Below are positions 35,283 through 43,877 of a stretch of DNA of 47,074 bases, piece by piece (the first letter of the stretch is position 1; each line of letters starts with the position of its first letter). The position numbers were made by a program, and so were the translations under genes. The DNA lies in the IMG/VR virus record IMGVR_UViG_3300042368_002048, positions 1 through 47,074 of that record, one strand, 5' to 3'. Under the pieces are notes generated by a model, which had not been told where the DNA came from, did not search any database, and was given only the letters and a program-made list of their open reading frames with translations. Source of the DNA: a virus (Duplodnaviria; Caudoviricetes).

Positions 35283-35918
35283 TCATCCTAAAGAGTCGAT
35301 TTCTCTTTGTAATTCGGCGAGTTGCCGAGCAATGTCTTCAGCCTCGTCTCCTTCGCTTTCAGCCTCGTCTTCATCTTCAAAATCGGAGCCAAAAGCAAGT
35401 AAATCAGATCTTCCAAATTCCAGAACAGCTTCCGCCATAAAAGAACTGTATAATTCATCCACACTGTTTTCGTCTAAGAATTTCATGTCATTGGCGTCAC
35501 TGCCATCTTCGGAGTCGTCATCGTCTAATTTCGATGAATATGGAGCTTGATTATCATCTGATTTAGATTTCTTAGCTCTTTCTCTCCATTTGGTTTTTAC
35601 AGGATCTCCGGCATCATTTACATCTAATGCATATTCACCACTGTCAATGATATAACTAACATCTCCAGAGTCATAAAATACGGCATCTGTAGCTCCAGAT
35701 AAGTCCATATTTTGAATAGCTTTATGGAACTTTAACATGTTTTTTCTAGCTTCACCACAGCTGCCTCTAACCTTTTCAAGAGAAGCATTAATTTTTGCAG
35801 CTTGACTTTCTAGATCGTCTAGAGTGCCCTTCAATTTAGAATAATTGTTCTTTGTTTTTTCTAACATAGAAACAATTCTTTTTCTATTATGTTTTTCTTT
35901 AGCTGCTAGTTTTATCAT
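35283..35918 (-). CDS. Hypothetical protein: basic coiled-coil N-terminus, acidic C-terminus
   Basis: 211-aa ORF with D/E-rich tail. Confidence 0.65.
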   Translation of the reverse strand: MIKLAAKEKHNRKRIVSMLEKTKNNYSKLKGTLDDLESQAAKINASLEKVRGSCGEARKNMLKFHKAIQNMDLSGATDAVFYDSGDVSYIIDSGEYALDVNDAGDPVKTKWRERAKKSKSDDNQAPYSSKLDDDDSEDGSDANDMKFLDENSVDELYSSFMAEAVLEFGRSDLLAFGSDFEDEDEAESEGDEAEDIARQLAELQREIDSLG

Positions 35919-35968
35919 ATTTTATCGCTTGATTGGTAAATTGCTTAGAAATTAGCTATGTCATTATG

Positions 35969-36706
35969 TTAAATTATTGGCTTGTTTTTGTTTGCCCAAT
36001 AAACATTGGCTTTTAATAAATTATCATAAGTTCCAGCGTCTTGCCAATATCCGCTAAGCATTGCATGCTGCAACTTATTCATATTTAAATACAAATTTAA
36101 AATGTCAGTAATTTCTAATTGATTTCTGTTTGATGGAGAAATCTTGTCTAGGAAATTTACTAGCAACTCATCAAATAGATATAGTCCCGTGACTGCATAT
36201 TGACTACCTGGATTAACTGGTTTTTCAATAATTTCGGAAATACTTCCATCTGAATTAAAGCAGGGGCATCCAAAGTTTTCAGGGTCAGGAACTTCTTTTA
36301 GAAAGATCTTTGCGCCCCCGGCATCTGATGCGGAAAATTCTTGTACATCTTGTGAAATATCTGCATCCGTGGTATTATCACCTAAAATAACAGCAACTTT
36401 ATGACCTTCAATAAAAGAGCTAGCGGCTTTAATTGCATCGGCAATTCCTCCGTCTGCCTTATCTTGATAGAAGAAAGAAATATTTTTTAAATTAAAATCT
36501 TTGCCGTTATTTAATACTCTGATAAAATTACCAGCAAATGGACCAGATACTACAATTCCAATTTCTGTAATTCCCGCTTTAACCAATATTTCTAATGGAT
36601 AGAAAATCATTGGTTTATCATAAATGGGAAGCAAATGCTTATTATTTGATTGGGTTAATAGACCTAATCGAGTACCTAATCCACCTGCAACGATTAATCC
36701 ACGCAT
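35969..36706 (-). CDS. rfbA: Glucose-1-phosphate thymidylyltransferase (RmlA-like, short form)
   Basis: AGGLGTRL, NKHLLPIYDKPMIFYPL, ILGDN, EKP, AVTGLY, LEITD, WQDAGT. Confidence 0.88.
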   Translation of the reverse strand: MRGLIVAGGLGTRLGLLTQSNNKHLLPIYDKPMIFYPLEILVKAGITEIGIVVSGPFAGNFIRVLNNGKDFNLKNISFFYQDKADGGIADAIKAASSFIEGHKVAVILGDNTTDADISQDVQEFSASDAGGAKIFLKEVPDPENFGCPCFNSDGSISEIIEKPVNPGSQYAVTGLYLFDELLVNFLDKISPSNRNQLEITDILNLYLNMNKLQHAMLSGYWQDAGTYDNLLKANVYWANKNKPII

Positions 36707-36712
36707 ACTGCC

Positions 36713-36967
36713 TCAATTCAATGTTTGTAAATGTTTATTCAGCTCTATTGAGTATAAAGCATCGGATATTTCCATATCTTTCAAATACTTATCATATAAC
36801 CTTGTAAAATTATTTTTAATAAATTTCCTCTCTTCAAGAGATAGTAATTTCATTCTAGATCGTAGAATGGCTGATTCTGTGTCGATAAGAATTGAAGGAT
36901 AATGTTTTTCCGTCATTAATTTGTGACGAAACAAGCTTCTTAAAGTTAAATTTAAATGTTCATTCAT
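36713..36967 (-). CDS. Hypothetical protein
   Basis: 84-aa ORF with AGGAG RBS. Confidence 0.6.
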   Translation of the reverse strand: MNEHLNLTLRSLFRHKLMTEKHYPSILIDTESAILRSRMKLLSLEERKFIKNNFTRLYDKYLKDMEISDALYSIELNKHLQTLN

Positions 36968-36968
36968 G

Positions 36969-37307
36969 TCAGGATAGCTCCTTTTTGGTTTTTGCTTTAG
37001 GTTCGAGCCAATCAGAGTTTGGTTCAGTTACCATTTCTTGGTTTGAAACCATTTGATGTGCATTTTGCCAAAATTCTTTGCATACTTCTACGAAGTCCTC
37101 GGCAGGCATTCCTAGTTCGATGGCATAGTTGGCAGACATAGACAATAATACATTAAAAACTGAAATTGTACTGTCATAATTATATTTTTTATGAAATTCA
37201 TGCCCAATTACTTCTGCACTTTCATAAATTTCATCAGCTAAACTTTGACTAAATTCTTGATGTATTTGTTCTAATTCTTGTTCGCTTAGTTTTTTCTTTT
37301 TAGGCAT
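36969..37307 (-). CDS. Hypothetical protein
   Basis: 112-aa ORF with AAGGA RBS. Confidence 0.65.
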   Translation of the reverse strand: MPKKKKLSEQELEQIHQEFSQSLADEIYESAEVIGHEFHKKYNYDSTISVFNVLLSMSANYAIELGMPAEDFVEVCKEFWQNAHQMVSNQEMVTEPNSDWLEPKAKTKKELS

Positions 37308-37974
37308 AAATTTTCCTTTGTAATTTTTTATATAATCTATTTAATCCAATTTCTGTCTTGGAATCTGTTAAGTACCCTGCATCAATATGGTCTAAGGCTT
37401 CTTTTAAAGATATTTTAAATACTTGAGTATGTCTTTCTGTTGGATGACCATCTCCAATTATTGGAGTTTTATTTTCTTGTTTAATTTCTACAGACAAGAA
37501 GAATAGCCTTTCAGAACCTGTTCCTGAAAACGTTCTCTTGCCAAGAAATGATAATTCATCTGGAGAAACTATCAAGCCAACTTCTTCTTTTAATTCTCTA
37601 GCTGCTGCTAATTGGTAGCCTTTAAAAGATTGCTCTAGTTCAGACGGATCTACTCCTCCAGCTGGTAGTTCCCATGTATTTCCAATTCCGTCTTCTTCTG
37701 GGAATGCTGGATAATTTGCACAGTCTTTGGCTGGACGATAACAGCTAGTTAAATAAACATATGGTTCAGGTTCTAGTGTGTAAGCAACAATAACAACGGC
37801 ATCTGGATATTTTTTAAATATCATATCCATTTCAAATTCTTCAGATACTTCTTCGGATTCTACGTCGTAATGAATTTTATTTTTAGTTTTCCAAACTTCA
37901 TTCCATCCAGAATATTTAAGTTCTGAATTGATCGTTTCTAGTTTGTGATGTATCTGTGGTAATTTACAACTCAT
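37300..37974 (-). CDS. Nudix hydrolase, ADP-ribose/NDP-sugar pyrophosphatase-like
   Basis: YRP, WELPAG...AARELKEEVG Nudix box with insertion, D.KT; ATG 37974 overlaps the upstream stop. Confidence 0.85.
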   Translation of the reverse strand: MSCKLPQIHHKLETINSELKYSGWNEVWKTKNKIHYDVESEEVSEEFEMDMIFKKYPDAVVIVAYTLEPEPYVYLTSCYRPAKDCANYPAFPEEDGIGNTWELPAGGVDPSELEQSFKGYQLAAARELKEEVGLIVSPDELSFLGKRTFSGTGSERLFFLSVEIKQENKTPIIGDGHPTERHTQVFKISLKEALDHIDAGYLTDSKTEIGLNRLYKKLQRKIYA

Positions 37975-38798
37975 TTTTGAACCTCTGGAACCCACCAAGT
38001 AGTACGTTTGTCTAAAGTTTCTTCTTTAATGATTTTCATATTATTGATCTGATTCTTGCCGTAAACTTGTAAGAAATTTTCAAATCCACCTTCGTTGCCA
38101 TCGGCATCTCTATAAGTCATCAAAGAAGCTCCTTGAAGATTATAACTTTCTTTAAGAACATTTTCAATAGATTCTTTTAACAAAATTAATTCTGAATCTG
38201 ACAAGGAAGAACCTAGCCGATGAGGATTTAATTTAGCTCTAAATAAAGCTTCCGCTTTTACATAATTACCAACTCCTGAAATATTCTTTTGATTCATTAA
38301 AATTTCAGGCAATGTTTTGTTTTTCTTTAATATCTTGTTGAACTCTCCCTGGCTCGGAGGAGAGTTTAGCATATCAGGTCCGATGGATTTAAGTTTTTCT
38401 TGTAATTCAGTGTCGGTCATTCGTTTAATTGTTCCGAAATGACGGATGTCGTTGAAATATATAATTTCTCTAATATTAATTTCAGAATCAAAAGGCATTG
38501 AAAGATGAATTCCAATGCCAGCATGTTTGGTTGGTTGGAATTGCCAAGCCCCGCTCATCCCTAAAGTAGAAACTAAATTAGTTTGGTCGGAGAGCTTCCA
38601 GTAAATGAACTTTCCTTTGCAATCAATCTTTTGGATAACAGGATATTCTGAGGAATTTAATTGTTCTTGGAATTTTAACAAAGAAAAATCGGGTTTAGTT
38701 TTGAACCTACCCCCGATTAAATCCAATTTAATAATTTTAGAATTTTCGATCTTTTTAATTTGATCGACAATAGTTTTTACTTCTGCGCCTTCAGGCAT
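37971..38798 (-). CDS. Fpg/Nei DNA glycosylase with zincless finger
   Basis: N-terminal PEG, KGK, LGMSG, DIRHFG, GPD, GVGNY..EAL H2TH; C-terminal RTTWWVPEVQ with no Cys. Confidence 0.92.
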   Translation of the reverse strand: MPEGAEVKTIVDQIKKIENSKIIKLDLIGGRFKTKPDFSLLKFQEQLNSSEYPVIQKIDCKGKFIYWKLSDQTNLVSTLGMSGAWQFQPTKHAGIGIHLSMPFDSEINIREIIYFNDIRHFGTIKRMTDTELQEKLKSIGPDMLNSPPSQGEFNKILKKNKTLPEILMNQKNISGVGNYVKAEALFRAKLNPHRLGSSLSDSELILLKESIENVLKESYNLQGASLMTYRDADGNEGGFENFLQVYGKNQINNMKIIKEETLDKRTTWWVPEVQK

Positions 38799-38828
38799 AA
38801 CATGGCTTCCTTAAATTTTAATTGATAA

Positions 38829-39128
38829 TCAAGAAATATTATTAATCTTTTTCTTGTTCTGTAGCAAAGTTAAAGAATCAATATCGGTTTCTGTCTTGTT
38901 TAGAATTTTCTTTTGCTGTTCTTTTAGCGCAACTTCGATTTCACAGCCGACTAAACGAGGGTACAAATTTAAAACATCTTGGGCGGAAAAATTACCCGGA
39001 CCCATTAAATCTTCTAAAATTATTTTGCATGTTTTTAATGTTTCATGACAAAGTTGAGCGCCTTCTTTTGCATATGCTAGCGCCCCAGAAAGCTCACTTA
39101 ATTCAGATAACCTATCTTTAAATGACAT
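38829..39128 (-). CDS. Hypothetical protein
   Basis: 99-aa ORF with AGGAG RBS. Confidence 0.65.
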   Translation of the reverse strand: MSFKDRLSELSELSGALAYAKEGAQLCHETLKTCKIILEDLMGPGNFSAQDVLNLYPRLVGCEIEVALKEQQKKILNKTETDIDSLTLLQNKKKINNIS

Positions 39129-39137
39129 AATTTCTCC

Positions 39138-39320
39138 TTAAAAATTTTTGCATGACCAGCATTTGAAATCAGCCATGCATTCGGCATAAGGGTAAAACTC
39201 TTGGCAAGTTTGACAAGTGGCTCCTGATTTGATTTTTGTTTTTTTTGTAGATGGTTTAGCAGAAAAATCAAATTCTAATTGCTCAAATGATTGACTTTTT
39301 TTGCTTAAAAGTTTAATCAT
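39138..39320 (-). CDS. Small zinc-finger protein
   Basis: CQTC...CWSC; ATG 39320 gives an ATGATTAA overlap with the cupin stop (ORF-track start 39386). Confidence 0.6.
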   Translation of the reverse strand: MIKLLSKKSQSFEQLEFDFSAKPSTKKTKIKSGATCQTCQEFYPYAECMADFKCWSCKNF

Positions 39321-39720
39321 ATTTTCTTGAAAAATCTCTATATCTTTGTCGATCATGTTTTTCTTTGTTGCAAGAGTGATTGTCATTGATTGAATAGCTT
39401 GAAATTTCTATATAACTCACATCTGTTACAGCAGATATAAGATAATGTGTTTCAGGATAAATTTCGTAAGCCTCTTCTGGATGCAAAATTATGTCATGAA
39501 ATGTGCTACCTTTTTCAGCGTATAAATGTAATTTTCCGGAAACAATAAAAATTGTTTTAATTGTTTCTTTGTGATATTTTTTAGCCAGTAAACTTCTTCT
39601 TTTTAAGAAGACATGTTTTGCAATATATTTTTTATTATTTGTCCATTGGCGCTCTTCGCCCCATAAGAAATTTTGTTTTTTAATTGAAATTTTCTTAGAG
39701 AAGAGTCTAGCTTTGCTCAG
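39313..39720 (-). pseudogene. Cupin-fold gene whose ATG is interrupted by IS607 (frame now opens on CTG)
   Basis: 135-codon open frame absent from ORF track: LSKARLFSKK...LWGEERQW....YIAKHVFL....LAKKYHKETIKTIFIVSGKL...YEIYPETHYLISAVTDVSYIEISS, the WG.E...Y..K...H.....SG cupin pattern. Confidence 0.75.
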
Positions 39721-39900
39721 TTAAGTAATATATTATCAAATATTACTTTTTAATTGTATCCGGGACTGTAAGCTCCGAACCATCCAAATTAAAAAATCCA
39801 TTTTCTTTCCAAAAGAATTTTCTAGACTTATCTGGATGATACCTCAGCCAATTTGCGGAAGGTAAACTTTGTTCATGATTACAACTTGCGTTGTAATCCG
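39720..39900 (-). ncRNA. Candidate omega-RNA (reRNA) scaffold of TnpB overlapping the tnpB 3' end
   Basis: Consecutive hairpins: GATTACAAC-GCAA-GTTGTAATC (39877-39898), TACCT/AGGTA, long ATCATCCAGAT...ATTTGGATGGT stem (39779-39840), TTCGG..CCGGA, AAGTAATAT/ATATTACTT (39723-39748) ending just inside the element end. Confidence 0.7.
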
Positions 39901-41005
39901 CATCTGCTTGGAAAGAACAGTGTTTACAACTGAACAATTTATTTTTCCGGTTAGCTGAGCATACATAACCACACTGACTACATCTTTTGGAACGGTAAGC
40001 TGAATTTTGCAAAACAACACGGACGCCGTGATCTTCTGCAAAGTCAATTAGCTTACTTCTTATCAAAGCTTCGCCAGAGTAGTTTAAAAATTTTCCTACA
40101 TTTTTCTTGTATCTAAAATTAGATACTTTTTCTAACTTTATCTCTTTTATATTAGATAAATTTAATTGATTTACCGACCATCTAATAAAATTATCTCTTT
40201 GAATTAAAGATTTATTAAAAGATTTGGAACCTTTCTTTTTTATACTTATCTTTCTAAGAATAGAATTCAAAGAATGACCATGCTTATCAGCAATAGTAGA
40301 TTGACCGTCTGATAGTGTAACTACTGCATTAATTCCAGTATCTGCCCCTAAAGATCTATTACCAGCAGATTCTGTTACTGAATATTCCCATCGCAGATTT
40401 ATTAAATTATTAGATAGTAGAACTCCGCTTAAGAGCTTTCCTTTTGATTCTAATTTATTAGAATGTTTATTGTTTTTTATTGGAATTATGATTTTGCCAT
40501 AGCTCCTACCTAAACAAAACAAAGTTATGATTTTATCAAAATGAGATATTTTTGATTTTTCAACTTTACATGTTAATGAATCTAATTCTGCACAAATATT
40601 ATTTACATTAGGTTTAATAATAGGTGTATTATTTATTCTTTTTGTTATTTGTCTGGTTCTTTTACTTGCTTTAATTAAAGCGCTTTTAACATAAAGAAGT
40701 CTTTTTCTTTTATCTAAAGAAGCTTTTACAATAGCTAATGCTTGAGCAGATGCAGACTTTAAAACTCTTGCAGATAAATTCGTTTCATATTGAACCGATT
40801 TAGTTGGGAAAAATTTTGGCAAATTTAAAAGATCTTTTTTAATGGAAAAAACATTTCCATCTGGAAGATCAATTTCATTGTGAAATAAATAATCAACATA
40901 GAACTTAACTGCTTTTTCGTATTCGTTTAAAAAAATACTAAGTTTTTCTTTCTTTTTCGAATTCAAATCTTGGATAAGATGTTTAGAGGTTTTAATCTTT
41001 TTCAT
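39743..41005 (-). CDS. tnpB: TnpB RNA-guided endonuclease (IS607-associated)
   Basis: RuvC-I LGADTG, RuvC-II KLEKV, CSQC...CKHC zinc ribbon, RuvC-III DADYNAS; D-E-D triad intact. Confidence 0.92.
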   Translation of the reverse strand: MKKIKTSKHLIQDLNSKKKEKLSIFLNEYEKAVKFYVDYLFHNEIDLPDGNVFSIKKDLLNLPKFFPTKSVQYETNLSARVLKSASAQALAIVKASLDKRKRLLYVKSALIKASKRTRQITKRINNTPIIKPNVNNICAELDSLTCKVEKSKISHFDKIITLFCLGRSYGKIIIPIKNNKHSNKLESKGKLLSGVLLSNNLINLRWEYSVTESAGNRSLGADTGINAVVTLSDGQSTIADKHGHSLNSILRKISIKKKGSKSFNKSLIQRDNFIRWSVNQLNLSNIKEIKLEKVSNFRYKKNVGKFLNYSGEALIRSKLIDFAEDHGVRVVLQNSAYRSKRCSQCGYVCSANRKNKLFSCKHCSFQADADYNASCNHEQSLPSANWLRYHPDKSRKFFWKENGFFNLDGSELTVPDTIKK

Positions 41006-41567
41006 TAAGAACCTCTTTAATTTTATTAATTTTATTTTTAGTTCTTCGTAATCCGTAAAGCCTGCAACAAAAAGATGTAATAATTGAAACTAAATCTTTC
41101 ATTAAATCATGTTCATCTTCATGATTTTCGTGAATAATTACAATTTTACATCCTAATTTTTCTAATAAAATTTGTAAATAATTAAATCCAAATCTAGTTA
41201 ATCTATCTTTGTTTTCTATTACAATTAGTTTTGGATTATTATCTAGCATTTTTATAAGCTCTCTACGCTTATCATTCATGCCAGAAGCCACTTCTTTATA
41301 AACTTTTTCTACAGTTAAGCCTCTTGCCAAGGCAAATTCTTCGCACCTTTTTACTTGATATTCAAGTTCTTTTTTTCTATTCTGATTAGATACTCTACAG
41401 TAGATAAAGCACTTATTATCTGTTGTTTCAGATAATTTATTATCATCTGGTACTAAAATGGTTCCAGTATCATATTGGACTGCTCCAGGTATTTTGCCAT
41501 CTTTAAACCAACGATAAGCAGTAAGATATGATATGCCTTGTTTTTTAGCCCAAACTGATAGCTTCAT
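40992..41567 (-). CDS. tnpA: IS607 transposase (serine recombinase with N-terminal HTH)
   Basis: MKLSVWAKKQGISYLTAYRWFKDGKIP, YCRVS (catalytic Ser), EVASG, DRLTRFG, DLVSIITSFCCRLYG; ATG 41567. Confidence 0.95.
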   Translation of the reverse strand: MKLSVWAKKQGISYLTAYRWFKDGKIPGAVQYDTGTILVPDDNKLSETTDNKCFIYCRVSNQNRKKELEYQVKRCEEFALARGLTVEKVYKEVASGMNDKRRELIKMLDNNPKLIVIENKDRLTRFGFNYLQILLEKLGCKIVIIHENHEDEHDLMKDLVSIITSFCCRLYGLRRTKNKINKIKEVLNEKD

Positions 41568-41624
41568 ACTTAAATACAAAGCTATGCATATATTTGATAA
41601 TATTTTTTATTAAATAATAAAATT

Positions 41625-41738
41625 TTAATCTAAATTAATTAACACATAGTCAAAGTAAGCCTTAGCAGCCCAAATATATAACAAAACGCTAAAAGCGAAA
41701 TATATAATAACCCACCCCAAATTCGCTTCATTGCCCAC
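41625..41738 (-). CDS. Short hydrophobic ORF at the IS607 left junction (frame uncertain)
   Basis: GTG frame gives MGNEANLGWVIIYFAFSVLLYIWAAKAYFDY|VLINLD; the alternative ATG 41731 frame gives MKRIWGGLLYISLLAFCYIFGLLRLTLTM, in frame with the cupin after excision. Confidence 0.4.
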   Translation of the reverse strand: MGNEANLGWVIIYFAFSVLLYIWAAKAYFDYVLINLD

Positions 41739-41787
41739 GTAAATATGTCAAAATATTCTCAATTTAGCTTCCTTAATAACTTTCAAA

Positions 41788-43740
41788 TCAAATAAATTCT
41801 TTCCATGTAATCGCCCCGGCAAATGAATCAGTGCCGCCACCGAACTTTATAACTCCAAGAACCAACTGATCTGCAACTCCTGCAATTGTTGCTCCGAGCG
41901 CCAATCTTCCTCGAATAATTGCGCCAAGAGTCGTTGTTTTCTGAGAGCCATATCCTGAAGAGATTACAGTTCCTCCAGTTAGATAATTCGTGGCAGTTCT
42001 TGATACGTCATACTCTACTGCACTTCCAGTTAAAGATTGCCAAGAAGCCGTATCAATTCCATTTATTGTTGGATTAATAATTAACGCCCACTTAAAATTA
42101 GCGTTAGAACTTGAACAAAAAACATCAATTAATTCTGGCAGAATTTGTGTGCCAAAACTTCCAGACTTTAATCTTAATGATAAGATTGGGTATATTTGAT
42201 TGTTATCAACGTTGGCTAGTGGGCTAACTCCCCGATCTGCCGAGTAGGTCAATCCTGCATCATCATACCCACCTTCTGAAATAATTGAACAGCAAATTTG
42301 TTCAAAACTAGAGCCGGTACCACTTGAAACATTTTCAATTTCATATCGAATAGGTAAGTTTGGGGTAGACATATAAACAGAATCAATCATATTAGCATGA
42401 TGAAATTTGTGAACATAATAAATTACCCCATCAATAACGAAACCACAACGCACAGTTCCAACCCCAAGCCATTCAATATCAATAATAAATATTTGTGCCT
42501 TTGTAATATCTAAGTCTTTTCCGCTTACACCGTATCCATCCATTACATCTATGTTCCAGTCATCTTGAACTACTTCATCTTCAACTGGAGAACCTGTTAC
42601 ATTGCTTCTGACAACTAAACTTGTTGTTGTTCCATTGTTCTTTAAATGTATTCCATTATTGGAATCAAAGTATCCAACTCTTTTAGTTATTCCACTTGTA
42701 TTAGATGACATTACAAAAGTAGTGAGAATTAATAGACTTTTTCCATTTTGATATGTAAATCGATTTTTTGTTTGACGAATAACTTTTGAGCCTACAGTTG
42801 AAGTAACAGATAATAAACTTGATGCCCTATTTGCGGAATGAACAGAAGTTCCGCCAGATGTTAACTGCACATCCCAAAGAAGAGGCTGATTATCAAAAAT
42901 CTGCTTGCTTTCAAATAATGTATAGGGAGCAGAAACTCTTAATCTTCCGAAAGCATCACTGGCAGCATTTGAAAAACTTTCAATTTCAATTTTACCAGAT
43001 ATTGGCAATATTTGATCGGATGCAACAACCACAGGTATAGAATTTACTTTGGTCTTTTGACCAACTGTTGGCGCTGTACTTCCTAGCCAGGAACCAACAT
43101 TATTATCTAGTCTGCCGCCTACCAAAGCCGCAGGAAGCTGTGTAGTATCAACAGTTAAAGACCCGCCATTATCAGTGACAGGTTGAGCTGTATCTCCTGT
43201 AGGATTAATTCTTAATGGTTTTGAAGATGTACCCGCTTCTACTGAGCCACCAGGAGCGCTTGCTCTTAATACAGTTCCTAATACATATTCTGTAGCAACT
43301 CCGGTATCAACATCATAAACTCTAGCGCCTTGCATGTCCGAACCATCATTGAACCCTGCCGCTGTACCAGGGACAGGAAATGGATCTCCAAAGTCTGAAG
43401 CAGTTCCACCAACTGTTAACCCGCTTAAATTAACAGTGGTGCTTGAGGCGATACTTGCATCATTTTGAACTCTTACAACTGAAGCGGCTCCTGATTTCAA
43501 ACGAAGCCAGATTTTATTTACACTGGGATAATTAGCAATTAATGAATTTGTTCCGCTAGATGGATTTAATTCTGAATGAACATCAGTTCCATCAAAAGAT
43601 ATTTCAACCGCACCAGCTCCTTCATTAATGAATAACAAAGATTCATTGTCAATAATATTAATAAAGATATCTGGATCTATTAAAAAAGAATTAGAAGAAA
43701 CTAAAACTTTTTCGAAGAAAAATCTATTTTTGCGACTCAT
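41788..43740 (-). CDS. Putative virion structural protein (fibre/decoration, beta-rich C-terminal domain)
   Basis: 650 aa, G/S/T/V-rich; SDAFGRLRVS.P.TLF...IDIEWLGVGTVRCGF...PNLPIRYEI motif recalled from phage structural proteins; AAGGA RBS. Confidence 0.65.
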   Translation of the reverse strand: MSRKNRFFFEKVLVSSNSFLIDPDIFINIIDNESLLFINEGAGAVEISFDGTDVHSELNPSSGTNSLIANYPSVNKIWLRLKSGAASVVRVQNDASIASSTTVNLSGLTVGGTASDFGDPFPVPGTAAGFNDGSDMQGARVYDVDTGVATEYVLGTVLRASAPGGSVEAGTSSKPLRINPTGDTAQPVTDNGGSLTVDTTQLPAALVGGRLDNNVGSWLGSTAPTVGQKTKVNSIPVVVASDQILPISGKIEIESFSNAASDAFGRLRVSAPYTLFESKQIFDNQPLLWDVQLTSGGTSVHSANRASSLLSVTSTVGSKVIRQTKNRFTYQNGKSLLILTTFVMSSNTSGITKRVGYFDSNNGIHLKNNGTTTSLVVRSNVTGSPVEDEVVQDDWNIDVMDGYGVSGKDLDITKAQIFIIDIEWLGVGTVRCGFVIDGVIYYVHKFHHANMIDSVYMSTPNLPIRYEIENVSSGTGSSFEQICCSIISEGGYDDAGLTYSADRGVSPLANVDNNQIYPILSLRLKSGSFGTQILPELIDVFCSSSNANFKWALIINPTINGIDTASWQSLTGSAVEYDVSRTATNYLTGGTVISSGYGSQKTTTLGAIIRGRLALGATIAGVADQLVLGVIKFGGGTDSFAGAITWKEFI

Positions 43741-43824
43741 GAAATCCTTTTAAAAACATTTACAATATATTATTTTATTGCCTAATTTTAAGACTGTAAT
43801 TAATAGCCTATTATTTTAAAAAAC

Positions 43825-43858
43825 AAAAAAGAGCTAAGATTTAATCCTAGCTCTTTTT
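43825..43858 (-). terminator. Intrinsic terminator
   Basis: Minus strand AAAAAGAGCTAGGAT-taa-ATCTTAGCTCTTTTTT; the single mismatch is a G-U pair on this strand. Confidence 0.85.
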
Positions 43859-43877
43859 AAATTAATTAATAATTATT

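Larger units (their letters stand above)
39720..41644 (-). mobile_element. IS607-family insertion sequence (tnpA + tnpB), 1925 bp between two TG dinucleotides
   Basis: Serine recombinase plus TnpB; 14-bp inverted repeat ATATTATCAAATAT (39730-39743) / ATATTTGATAATAT (41590-41603); ends GTTAA(T/G)TAAT inverted; excision at TG restores ATG AGC AAA GCT. Confidence 0.88.

Noticed and set aside
39743-41005. TnpB as a Cas12f/Cas14 CRISPR effector
   Set aside because: No repeat-spacer array on either side; it overlaps an IS607 tnpA and lies within definable IS ends
41568-41644. IStron (group I intron fused to IS607) that would splice out and repair the cupin mRNA
   Set aside because: Only ~77 nt of AT-rich sequence lie between the left end and tnpA, far too short for a group I catalytic core
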